A stretch of 64,000 bases of DNA. It comes from Octopus vulgaris (Eukaryota). The notes beneath the pieces were generated by a model. It was not told where the DNA came from, did no database searches, and saw only the letters and a program-made list of their open reading frames with translations. Below, one piece after another: positions 13,176 to 24,650 of the stretch. The DNA lies in NCBI GenBank assembly GCA_951406725.2, contig OX597822.1, positions 89,962,001-90,026,000 on the forward strand, in the 5' to 3' direction. The position numbers were made by a program, and so were the translations under genes. How positions within the stretch are numbered: position 1 is the stretch's first letter; each line of letters opens with the position of its first letter.

Positions 13176-13349
13176 AATGACAGAAGAGATACAAGATAAG
13201 AGTGTGTACAGGTACGTGTTTGTGTGCATGTATGTGTGCATGCACGTATATAGGTACATGTATATGAGAATATGTTTGTATATATGTATGTTTGTAAAAA
13301 TTTACATGCTTAAAGTTATCTACATCTATCTAAATCAGTACATGATTTT

Positions 13350-13588
13350 GTATGCCAGTGGTACGTAAAAAGCACCAATCTGATCGTGGCTGTTGCCAGC
13401 CTCGCCTGGCACGTAAAAAGCACCCACTACACTCACAGAGTGGTTGATGTTAGGAAGGGTATCCAGCTGTAGAAACTCTGCCACATCAGACTGGAGCCTG
13501 GTGCAGCCTTCTAGCTTCCCAGATCCCGGTCGAACCATACAACACATGCTAGCATGGAGAACGGATGTTAAACGATGATGATGATGAT
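13350..13588 (+). mobile_element. Short 3'-end copy of the RTE LINE
   Basis: Same 3' UTR and (GAT)n tail as 18780-18980. Confidence 0.85.
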
Positions 13589-13700
13589 TATGAGTATTAA
13601 TGTGTGTATGTGCGTGCATGCACGTGTATGTGCGCATGTGTATGATTATATACATGTGATGCATTTATTAACATAAAGTGAGTGTGTAATGCATACTTAC

Positions 13701-13740
13701 TTCTGTTCTTCTTCATCATTAGAAAGGCAATCATCTTTCA
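13701..13740 (-). CDS. L1CAM/neuroglian-like gene, exon D: 40-nt cytoplasmic exon
   Basis: Acceptor tcttatcttatcag, donor gtaagt, phase 1 in and phase 2 out, which bridges exons C and E in frame. Translates VKDDCLSNDEEEQ(K). Confidence 0.8.
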
Positions 13741-14309
13741 CTGATAAGATAAGAAAAATAGAGGACATTGTTATTACAGAATTCTAAAATATTCATTAAT
13801 TTAAACTAACAATAATTCTAAGTATGATGATTCAGTGCACAAAAACTGTGCACAAAGTTCAAGGATTTGAAGAGTGTGGAACAAATTCTAAGCCACTATT
13901 GCTCTCAAGTCTACTCTGACTCAAACTAGCAGCACCTGTTAGGGTTTCAGCTATGGGTAAACTAATATGTGAATCCGTGGGAGTGAAGTGATGGACCTCC
14001 AGTTCCATTTAGAACTTCGTTCTAGAAGATAAACTTGTATAAAAAATCTGAAGTGCAGTTTGGTTCTGGTCGTCTCAACCTGTTGTGCCACTGACTAAAT
14101 AGCCAATTGTACTGGAATGTAAGTTCAGTGCTGTGTATGCTTTAACCATTCAAAACAAATTCATGCTTGTTGGATTCTTGGAGTGTTTGCACAAGTTTAG
14201 GAAAAGGTTTTACTCAGTCATGAGTTGACTACCACCATATGTGTGTGTGTGTAGGACCTCGTTTGACCCTACCTGTTTGAATTTGAAACCAAATCTAGAA
14301 ATTCTCCCT

Positions 14310-15307
14310 AGTCATATGACCTATTGTCTTCTGTGATGTGATCTTTGCAGTGTGGGGTTGCAAATTGTCCTGATGAAACATCACACCTTTTCGATTCACT
14401 AAAGCGGGTCTTTTTTTTTCAAAGCTTGGTTCAAATGCTCTAATTACTGACAGTAGACTTGAGCATTGATTGTTGCATTAGGTGGTAACAATTCAAAGTG
14501 AATTACTCCTTTGCAATCCCACCAGATAGAGAGAAGAACCTTTTTCCCATGAGGTTCCCTTCTTGGTTGTGGTTGAGCTCTTTACCAAGTCACTGTTTAC
14601 AATGTTTAACATTTCGATAGAAGATCCATTTTTCGTTACCAGTCACAAGTCTATCCAAAAAGGGTGAAATGAGTTTGCGAGAATGGAGAGAAGAGCAGAT
14701 GTCAACTTGGGATTTGCAGTAGCTTTCGGACAATTCATGAGGCACCCATTTTCCAAGTTTAGGAACCTTTTCAAGTTGTCGAAGATGATAATGAACAGTT
14801 CTATGGTTTGAACTAAGCTTTATTGCCAAATCTTCAACTGATAATGAGGATTTTTTTCAAGTAATAATTCAAGGAGCTTATCATCAAACTCAACTGGACA
14901 CCCTGTTCAATCTTCATTTTCATCAAGGCTGAAATCTCCACTTCTGAATTTTGCAACCCATCTTTTGCAAGTTCTTTCATTCAAATGTTCTTTCCCATAA
15001 ACAGAGTGTATGTTTCAAGTTGCTTCGGCTGCAGAGTTTCTTGTTTCCTTTTTTGTATTCAAAAAGCATTATGTACTTCAGATGTTCTTTGGATATGTCC
15101 ATGTTAGAAAGGGTTTTAAATACACCCTGACAACTTTGTTCCATACAATGGCACCACATCACAAGAAAAGAATGCTTTACAGCAGTATTCCCCAACAATC
15201 TATCACATACCTAACAAATGATGGTACCTGAACTCAGAATATAAAAGTCTGTAACTAAATACTATAAGTTATTTTATCCAATGCACAACTGATTCTGATA
15301 CAATCTA
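14310..15307 (-). mobile_element. Degenerate mariner transposon
   Basis: KLGKWVPHELSE and LDRLVTGNEKWIFY (D,D34D first-Asp region); N-terminal EHLKYIMLFEYKKG. Confidence 0.9.
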
Positions 15308-15667
15308 TGTTGATATAATAATTACAGAGTAATGAATACCAGAATTAGTAGAACACTCAACAACATGCTTAGCAGTATTTAGTTACATCTCTTTATATCT
15401 TAAGTTCAAGTACCACCAGGATCAGGTTTCTGTTACATTGTATAAAATACTCAGAGATACTGAATTTTGTCTTTATAATCTTATAATCTTATCCCCAGGT
15501 CTTAGTGTAATATCAATAATAGCATTAATGCTTGAGATAAATAAATGCTGGCTTCTTTTGTGGTGTTATGAACTATGTTTTTATGTCACTGAAATGGGAT
15601 GTTCAATGTTTATAGGTAAAGAAATAATTTCATAGATATTACAAAACAGAAAAAAAGAAAAACTTAC

Positions 15668-15793
15668 CATAGTATTTGCTGCCTCTATCACACTTGATGA
15701 TACAAACAAGGATGAGAATTAGAAGAAGCACACAAATAGCAATCATCATCACCACAAACCAAGTAGTTTGAAGAAAATCCAAATCCATTTCAC
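15668..15793 (-). CDS. L1CAM/neuroglian-like gene, exon C: transmembrane helix and juxtamembrane motif
   Basis: Acceptor tttcaaag, donor gtaagt, 126 nt. Translates GEMDLDFLQTTWFVVMMIAICVLLLILILVCIIKCDRGSKYY(V), matching the L1-family pattern WF..MM....CII...RGGKY.V. Confidence 0.92.
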
Positions 15794-16059
15794 CTTTGAA
15801 ATAGATACAAACAAATAAAATAGTCTTTAGCAACTAAAATCTCTTTTGCTTTTATAATAGAATTAATGATTCAATGTTCTTGAAAGTTTTTACCCAAAAC
15901 AGGTAAAATAATCCATCAGTTACAGGATATTGTTTAATTCTCTAAATTACATGGCTTCGAAAGATCTGAATGTGAGCATAATGTCTAAAGTCGATTAGAT
16001 TCTGCAAAAAGACATTAAGAAGACAAAGACATCAATGTTTCAAGTATCTTATCTCATTT

Positions 16060-16500
16060 ATGAGGGTGGGCTGAAAAGCTCATAGGTTGACTATGAAGAA
16101 GTGATGATACAGCTGTAAAACCTTGCATGCATTAATTTCAACTCCTCTAATTAATAACTGCATTCTTTCTTTCTTTCTAGGTGAACTGATATCTGACTGT
16201 TCAAAGAAAACTTCAAAAGTAACTAGTAGTGACTTCTCTTCAGTAGTCAACAAAATTTGACATCGTGGTGTTATCAAATACCTGCAGGGAAAGCATTTAG
16301 CCCCCAAGGGCATTCATGCTGACATTAGAGGATGACACTTCAGCTTTAGCAACTTCAAACGTGGGCAGTTGAATTTAAGAGGGGAAGAGAGAATCTTAAA
16401 GATAACCCAGCATATGGATGTCCTGCAATTATCACCACTAAGGAAAACATTGATTGCGATCATCACATAGTGATGGATGACAGGTGATTGACTACATAGA
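16060..16500 (+). mobile_element. 5' part of a mariner element
   Basis: TIR-like start tatgagggtgggctgaaaag, and transposase N-terminal remnants (HRGVIKYL..K.L.PK.IH.D; EFKRGRE.L.D). Confidence 0.65.
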
Positions 16501-16584
16501 GAAAAGGAAATATATATAGATATATATATATATATACATACATATACATACATACATATACACATGTGTATATATATATATATA

Positions 16585-18947
16585 CACCAAAGAGCTGAGG
16601 TATTTCGGATTGCCAGTGTGTCAGAGAAAATAGTGATGTTACAGGAGAGAAATGTGTCTGCATGGATGATGGGGCACTTGCTTTTACTGTTAGTGAAAAG
16701 AAAGAGGCTTGGAGAAGCCATTATGAAAGACTGCTGAATGAGGAGAATGAATGGGAGGAGGAGAGCCTGCCAAATGTTGACCCAGTAGAGGGACCAGCCA
16801 CCCGAATAGAGAGCTCCCTTGTAGTTAAGGCAATTAAGGATATGAAACCAGGTAAAGCCCCCGGCCCATCAGGAATCACTGCTGAGATGCTTAAAACAGC
16901 TGGCTATGTGGGCTATGGCCTAGTCACCTGCATTGTAAACCAGGTAGTTCATAATGGAGTCATACCCAATGACTGGCGTAGCAGCACCATAGTCAACTGC
17001 TACAAGGGTAAGGGTGATGCTCTAGATAGAAATAACTACAGGGGTATCAAACTGTTGGATCAGGTGATGAAGATCACAGAGAGGGTCATAACCCATCACA
17101 TTAGGGAGAGAATTTGCTTAGATGAAATGCAGTTCGGTTTTGTGCCGGGTAGAAGCACCACTGATGCTATATTCCTGGTCCGACAACTGCAGGAGAAGTA
17201 CCTAGCTAAAGATAAACCCCTCTACAGAGCTTTTGTGGACTTGGAGAAAGCCTTTGACAGGGTTCCCCCGTTCCCTTATCTGGTGGTCGATGCGGAAACT
17301 GGAGATTGACGAATGGCTAATAAGGGCTGTACAGGCTCTATACAGAGAGGCTGTCAGCAAGGTTAGGATTGGCAACGAATATAGTGAAGAATTCCGGGTA
17401 GAAGTAGGTGTGCACCAAGGCTCAGCCCTCAGTCCCTTTTTATTCATCATAGTCCTCCAGGCAATAACAGAGGAATTCAAAACAGGATGCCCCTGGGAGC
17501 TCCTCTATGCTGATGACCTGGCTCTCATAGCAGAATCACTACCGGAACTAGAAAAGAAATTTCAGGTGTGGAAGCAAGGGTTAGAATCAAAGGGCCTTAG
17601 AGTAAATGTAGCAAAGACCAAAGTTATAGTAAGCAGAAAGGCGAACTCAGCACACACCCCCTCGGGCAGGTGGCCCTGCTCGATCTGTAGGAAAGGTGTA
17701 GGTAGAAACTCCATAAGATGCACCCAATGTAAGCTATGGACGCACAAGAGGTGCAGCAACATTAAAGGGAAATTAACAGATAAGATAGCTTTCATGTGCG
17801 GCAGATGCACAGGGACAATAGACACCACAGACACTCAGAAAACAGATTCCATCACACTCCAGGGAGAGAAACTAGAAGTAGTTGATAGTTTCCGCTACCT
17901 GGGTGACCAAGTTAGTAGTGGAGGTGGATGCACAGAGAGTATCACCACTAGAATACGAATAGCCTTGGCAAAGTTCAGAAAGCTCCTACCCCTACTGGCG
18001 ACAAAGGGTCTCTCCCTCAGAGTGAAAGGTAGATTGTATGATGCATGTGTGCGAACTGCCATGCTTCACGGTAGTGAAACATGGGCTGTGACTGCAGAGG
18101 ACATGCGTAGACTTGAAAGAAATGAAGCTAGCATGATCCACTGGATGTGTAATGTCAGTGTGCACACACGACAGAGTGTAAGCACCCTGAGAGAAATGCT
18201 GGATATAAGAAGCATCAGATGTGGTGTGCAAGAGCGACTCTTGCGATGGTATGGTCATGTGCTGCGGATGGATGAGGAGAGATGTGTGAAGAAGTGCCAC
18301 TCCCAAACAGTTGAAGGTATCAGGGGGAGAGGTAGACCCAGGAAGACATGGGATGAGGTAGTCAAGCATGACCTCAGAGCGTTGGGCCTCACTGAGGCAA
18401 TGGCGAAGGACTGCAAAGACCCGGGCTGCTTCCTACATCAGTTCCGCATAGCCCCTGCCCATTCAAAGTACCCCGGATCCCAGAACGTCCCACTGTGCTT
18501 GAGGAGACCTGTTGAGTCAAGTACATGAACATGAACGTCAAAATAAATATCAATGGAAATAGTAGTTGTGATGCCTGTGCCGGTGGCACATAAAAAGAAC
18601 TATCCGAACATGGCCGATGCCAGCGCCGCCCCGACTGGCTTCTGTGCCAGTGGCACATAAAAAGCACCATCCGAACGTGGCTGATGCCAGCGCCGCCCCG
18701 ACTGGCTCCTGTGCCGGTGGCACATAAAAAGCTCCAACCGACTGTGACCGATGCCGCCCCCCCCCCTGGCACCTGTGCAGGTGGCACATAAAAAGCACCC
18801 ACTACACTCGCGGAGTGGTTGGCGTTAGGAAGGGCATCCAGCCGTAGAAACTCTGCCAGATCAGACTGGAGCCTGGAGCAGCCCCTGGCTTCCCAGACCC
18901 CGGTCGAACCGTCCAACCCGTGCTAGCGCGGAAACCGGATGTTAAAC

Positions 18948-18980
<33 letters not shown>
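16585..18980 (+). mobile_element. RTE-clade LINE, 5'-truncated, near-intact reverse transcriptase
   Basis: KAPGPSG, NYRGIKLL, QFGFVPGRSTTDAIF, FVDLEKAFDRV, GVHQGSALSP, YADD, FRYLG and GRPRKTW motifs. One frameshift near 17270; (GAT)n tail. Confidence 0.95.
18560..18800 (+). repeat. Four approximately 60-70 bp tandem units in the RTE 3' UTR
   Basis: Repeated tgtgccggtggcacataaaaagcac unit containing a TGTGCC/GGCACA hairpin. Confidence 0.85.
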
Positions 18981-18983
<3 letters not shown>

Positions 18984-19174
18984 ATATATACACACACACA
19001 CACACATATATATGTGTGTATATACACATATATGTGTGTGTCACTCCCTGAATACATACCAAACATTCTACCTGATCAACGAATTTGTGAACTACTATAA
19101 ACACACACATCATACTAACACCATCCTGCCACACACAGTAGCAAAATGTACATATTATAATACTGTAATGCATT

Positions 19175-19285
19175 ATGTAACCTGATGAGGTTTCTTCTGC
19201 ACTGTGGAATGCATTCGATTTCATTATATCGTTCCCCATCCACATGGAAGCAGTACACATGTAAGCCGAAACAATCATCATGTTA
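19175..19285 (+). ncRNA. Hammerhead-like motif with long loop II (uncertain stems I and III)
   Basis: CUGAUGA-GGUUU...AAGCC-GAAAC. Stem II pairs, but the downstream stems are poor. Confidence 0.4.
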
Positions 19286-19584
19286 AATAAAGTTTACAGT
19301 AAATTCTGTCTTCCCTATCTACCATTTAAAATATACTAAATGTACACTGAAGAATTCCTTACATAGATCCTGTGGCTAAAGTGCAGTACCATGGATGATG
19401 CCTGGTAGCTGTATGTGTTGAACATGCTTTCAATGCACACAACTAGGGACATATGCAAAAGAAGGTTTGGATACTACATTCCAAAGCCTCCTATCTAAAC
19501 TTTAATTTTAAAATAACCTATATATCTATATCTATACATATATATACATATATATACATATATCTTAATACACACACACACACA

Positions 19585-19838
19585 TGTATGTATGGTGGTT
19601 GTCTACTCCTTATGACCACCTCCTGTACCTTCACCTTAGAACCATCATGGCATCTGATGTGGCTTTTTGAAGCAGGCAATGTTCTGAAAAGACACCCACA
19701 TAGATTGCACATCTGATTTGGACCACCAAAAGCTGCAGTTAAGTTCTGATCTCTGTGAATCTTAAAATGTCTTTTGAGGCCTCCATTAGATTTGCAGACC
19801 TTATTGCATACATGGTATTGAAAGATGTGCACAGACAT
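19585..19838 (-). mobile_element. LINE 3' fragment with two C2H2-like fingers (RTE/BovB-type C-terminus)
   Basis: VCNKVCKSNGGLKRHFKIH and CNLCGCLFRTLPASKSHIRCH. No splice signals or TGEKP linker; ends in a microsatellite. Confidence 0.5.
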
Positions 19839-19860
19839 ATATATATATCTGTGGCCATTG

Positions 19861-19920
19861 GAGTTTGATGAGTCATCTATAAAGCAAAGTATTTTATGGA
19901 TGTGAAACCATTGGTCACTC
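19861..19920 (+). ncRNA. Type-I hammerhead ribozyme (C3U variant)
   Basis: GAGU-UUGAUGA-GUCAUCUAUAAAG(caaagua)UUUUAUGGAUGU-GAAA-CCAUUGG-UC-ACUC. All three stems pair and the cleavage triplet is GUC. Confidence 0.8.
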
Positions 19921-20033
19921 TATGACCAGCCATACAACTAACTTCCTGTATATAAATTGCAGCTCTAATTTTTAGAGTATACTTCTTTTTTGGATATATG
20001 ATCTACTGACAACTACACACACACACACATGTT

Positions 20034-20070
<37 letters not shown>

Positions 20071-20072
<2 letters not shown>

Positions 20073-21353
20073 TCCCGACCCCACCCCCAGCACCCCCACC
20101 CTTCTCCGTTTGGCTGAGCTCGTCCTCACCCTCAATTGCTTCACGTTCGCCGGGGAAACGTACCAACAGGTGTCCGGGGTCGCGATGGGAACTAGGATGG
20201 GCCCCAATTTCGCCAATCTCTTTCTTGGCTACATTGAGGCCCAAGTGTTCTCCCAGTTCTCTGGGCCGACCCCGAACTATACGGTCGCTATATCGACGAC
20301 TGTGTAGGTGCCACCTCCCTTTCCCGGGAACGTCTCGGCCAATTCATCTCTTTCCTTTCCAACTTTCACCCCTCTCTTCAATTCACCTCCACCATCTCCA
20401 ACACCTCTGTCAACTTCCTTGACATCTCTCTCCGCATCGATCACCCCTCCAGCTCTCTCACCACCACCGCCTTCTTTAAACCTACGGATTCCCACCTCTA
20501 TCTCAACTTCTCTTCCTCCCACCCCTTCCACACCAAACGAGCCATCCCCTACTCCCAGTTCCTCCGCCTCCGACGTTTGTGCAGCCGCGACCAGGATTTC
20601 GAGACCCAATCTCAATACCTGGCCCGCATGTTCAGACTCCGAGGTTACCCACCCACACTCCTCTCTGATGCCCTCACCCGCGCCCGTCGCATCGACCGCA
20701 CTACCGCCTTGTCTCCTTCCCCCCGCCCACCCCCCAACCGCACCCCCTTCCCCCTCCTTTTCCACCCCTCTACCCTACCCCTTCGTCGCAAGATACTACG
20801 TGCCTTCCGTCGCCTCCAGCTTGATCCCACCACCCGCCCCATTTTCCCTAACCCACCCCTGTCCTCTTTCAAACGAGCCCGCAATCTGCGTGACCTCCTG
20901 GTCCACAGCACCCTCTCCCCTTCCCCCTCAGCCCCACACGGATCATTCCCTTGCTCTAGATCCCGCTGCAACACTTGCCCCTTCATCACCAACACCACCG
21001 CTGTCACCGGCTCCAACCTGCATACTGTACGCATTAGGCACTCTTTTACGTGCACCTCGTCTGGCCTTATTTACTGCATTAAATGCAACCTATGCGGGAT
21101 GCTGTATGTAGGTCAGACGGGACGCCGGTTGTCCGACCGTTTCACTGAACACTTGAGGGACGTTCGCCTACACTCTTTTTCTCCCGTCGCACGCCACTTC
21201 CGCTCGGCCGGCCATTCCCGAGATGACATCTCAGTGTTTGGTCTCGCCCCCCACAATGGTCGCCCACTTTCCAGGCTCCACTTGGAGCAACGCTACATCT
21301 TCACCCTACAAACTACCACCCCACACGGACTTAACACAGCCCCCTCCTCTTGA
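20071..21353 (+). CDS. Penelope RT and GIY-YIG endonuclease ORF (partial, one frameshift in the C-run near 20270)
   Basis: Joins ORF 20029-20307 to the frame of ORF 20577-21353. Confidence 0.85.
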
Positions 21354-21384
21354 GACCGTTTTTTTTTTTTTTTTTTTTTTTTTC

Positions 21385-24100
21385 CGGACACACCACCCAC
21401 ACACACCCACCCACCTACCTCCCACCCACCTACCTCCCACCCACCTACCTACCTCCCACACGCCTGTTCACACACACACATACGTAGACCCATCTACGTA
21501 CATACATTCACACATTTAATCACACACACTTACAGACACACATGCACATACACACACACATACATACACACACGCATACATACTTACACACACACACACA
21601 CACAGACATACATACACACATACACACACACATACATACGCACATACATACACACACACTCACACACACACACCGCACGTACATACCTCACACACACACA
21701 CATGCACACATACATGTAGGCACATACATACATACATACCCACACATGCACACCCGTACACTGAATGCACACACACATACACCTTTTTGCATCCAGGCAG
21801 CCCCCCTCTTTTCTGCTTTCCGGTTTTGGCTGATGGATCCTCGGTTCCCCGCGTAGCGGGGCGTTCGAGGGCCTTTGCGCTCGCGCGCCTTGGCGCGCGC
21901 TGGGGCTCGGTCGGCCCCTTTGGGCTTGCGTTGCACTGCTTGTGCGTTGTGTGCGTGAGCGCGCTTCGTGTGTGTGGGCTTGCTTCGGATGTGCGCTTGC
22001 GTATGTTTGCATACATACCCACACACTCGCATGCATCCCTACCCACATACATACACGCACACCTACTCACACACACACATACACACACACACATACCCGC
22101 ACACACACACACATACATACATACACACACATACCCACTTCAGACATACACACACACAGACATACACCCATACACCCACACTCACACGCATACACACACA
22201 CACATACACACGCACACGTACACATACACACACACACACACCCACATACATACATTACACTTGTATACGCACACACTTACATTCATACACACACACACCT
22301 ACACAGCCATACCCTCACTCAGACACACACATCTACCTACACACACACAAACACACACTGACACACACCCATATATAGATACATCTACACACTCACGCCT
22401 ACACACATACATACACACATACATAAACACACACACATACACATACACACACATACGCACACACGCATATACTTATACACATGCACACACACACACATAC
22501 ATACACCCATATACATACACACACACATACCTACATACTCCTATACGCACATACATACACACAGACATACACACATACACACTCACACAAACATACACAC
22601 ACACATACTTACACACACACTCACCTGCACGCGCACACACATGCATGACAAACACTCATACACTCACACTCACATACGCACACACCAACATAAACACGCA
22701 CACGCACACACACACCTACACTCCCACACACATACACACGCACCTACATACACACACGCACGCATACACACGCATACACACATACATTACACACGTACAC
22801 ACACACCTACATACACATGCACACACACACACACACAAACATGCACGGACACACCCAGACATACATACATACACCTATATACACACGCCTACACACCTAC
22901 ATACACACACATATACACACGCCCACACAGCTACATACACACACATACATACACACATACACGGACACACCCATACATACTTACATACATACACCTATAC
23001 ACACACGCCTACACACCTACACACACACATGCACACACACACACATGTACGCACATACACACACATATACGCACACACATATATACCCACACACATGCAC
23101 ACACACACACATACGCACATACATGCACGCATGCACACGCGCACACCTACACGCATACACACACACACACGCACGTACACATACATACATACACACACGC
23201 ATACATACACCCATACACATACATGCATCCTACACACACATACATACACACTCACACATACATACACACACACGCACTCACTCACACACCTGTATGTTCG
23301 CGCACACACATGCACATACACACACTTCCCCACACCCACACGTACATACATACACACTCATACACACATACACACACACACACACACACGGACATACATC
23401 TATGCACACACATATATACACACATACTCACATACATTCATCGGACACACTGCCACCCAGACATACACACAGACACACTCACACATCCACACGCACACAT
23501 ACGTACGCGCACACTCGCAGGCTCGCGCACACACGCGTTTGCGCCGGTTCGCGCACGCATGCGCCCGCATGCACCTCGCCCTTGGATCCGACGAGACCTC
23601 CCGCCCGTTCCTGGGATGTCGCGTGTCGTTGGGTTTTCCCACGCCCGTCTCCGCGGGACCACTCCTCCATCTTCCCCTCCGCTGGAGTCCTTTTCCTAAA
23701 CCCCCCCCCTTTTTTTTTTTTTTTTTTTCGTTACACACACGCGCACACATATACACACATTGCTTAAACATATACCTCACTCTTACACACATTCAATCTA
23801 CTCGCCACTAATACTACCACGACACTGGACACACACACACACTACCACTCAACACACGCTGGCACGCTACATACGCCCCCACCCCTTCCCCTCCCTCCCT
23901 TCCTCCTTCCTCCCTTTTCTCACTACTGACCTTTGTCTGCTATGCTGCTGCTATGCTGACCACCGTCTCGCCCTACCTCACACGCCTACACACAGACGCA
24001 CACACTAACACATACATATATTTTTTGTTTTTTTACCTCGCCTCACACACACACATACACACACGCACACGCACACACTCACACATACACACACATCTGT
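21385..24100 (+). repeat. About 2.7 kb degenerate (CA)n/(CATA)n array within the PLE 3' region
   Basis: Seen directly; interrupted by GC-rich islands at about 21785-22010 and 23510-23700. Confidence 0.95.
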
Positions 24101-24266
24101 TGCGTTACCAACCTTGTCTCCACTCTTTTGCCTTTAAAAACCCACTTTGCTCTTGTTATCGTAAACATCCGCCTTTCACCATGTGCTTCTGCTAACACCA
24201 GCCGTTTTTTTCTCTATCTCCGTTGCCCGCTCCGGGATCTTTCTTTCCTCTCTCTTCCTTCTTTAT

Positions 24267-24301
24267 GTTTCCGACGAAGAGCTCCGCTCGAAACGTCATA
24301 C
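24267..24301 (+). ncRNA. Minimal hammerhead variant (CCGACGA core) at the PLE 3' end
   Basis: guuu-CCGACGA-AGAGC(ucc)GCUC-GAAA-CGUC-auac, with palindromic ACGU stem III. Confidence 0.7.
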
Positions 24302-24387
24302 CTCCCTGCTTCCATTTCCTGAGCGCCTATTAATAATAATACTGTAATTGTTCCCTTGTTGTTGTTTTTTTGTTTCCCGTTTGGATT

Positions 24388-24423
<36 letters not shown>

Positions 24424-24548
24424 TCTAAATAATAACAATAATTATAAGCTTAAAGCTTATAAGTGATCACCATGTATTGGCTAAATATGGCCTAATCTTC
24501 TCCATCTAACACTGAAGGGCACTCATGACATTTTTTTGGAGTCACATG

Positions 24549-24650
24549 TATGGATCAAAACAATTTGATCCAAGTTCTTGGCTGAGGATTAGCATTACAC
24601 TTTGAAACTTAAAGTACCAAGGAATTTGGATCAAACTGTTTTGATCCATA
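24549..24650 (+). ncRNA. Hammerhead-like core closed by an approximately 33-bp inverted repeat
   Basis: tatggatcaaaacaatttgatccaagttcttgg-CTGAGGA-(weak stem II)-GAAA-CTTAAAG-TA-ccaaggaatttggatcaaactgttttgatccata. Confidence 0.55.

Larger units (their letters stand above)
20071..24392 (+). mobile_element. Penelope-like retroelement (Neptune-type), 5'-truncated, inserted in (TA)n
   Basis: RT motifs GVAMGTRMGP, YGRYIDD and FLD; linker CSRSRCNTC; GIY-YIG GLIYCIKC..C..LYVGQTGR. Long CA-rich 3' region ending in a hammerhead; (TA)n on both flanks. Confidence 0.93.

Noticed and set aside
18560-18800. CRISPR-like repeat array
   Set aside because: The inter-repeat segments resemble each other, there are no cas genes, and the array is part of a eukaryotic LINE 3' UTR.
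19518-19838. Host C2H2 zinc-finger gene
   Set aside because: No TGEKP linkers or splice sites and bounded by microsatellites; fits a LINE C-terminus better.
21542-23811. Long His/Thr-rich and Val/Cys-rich ORFs (up to 674 aa)
   Set aside because: They are translations of the (CA)n array, which lacks stop codons by composition.
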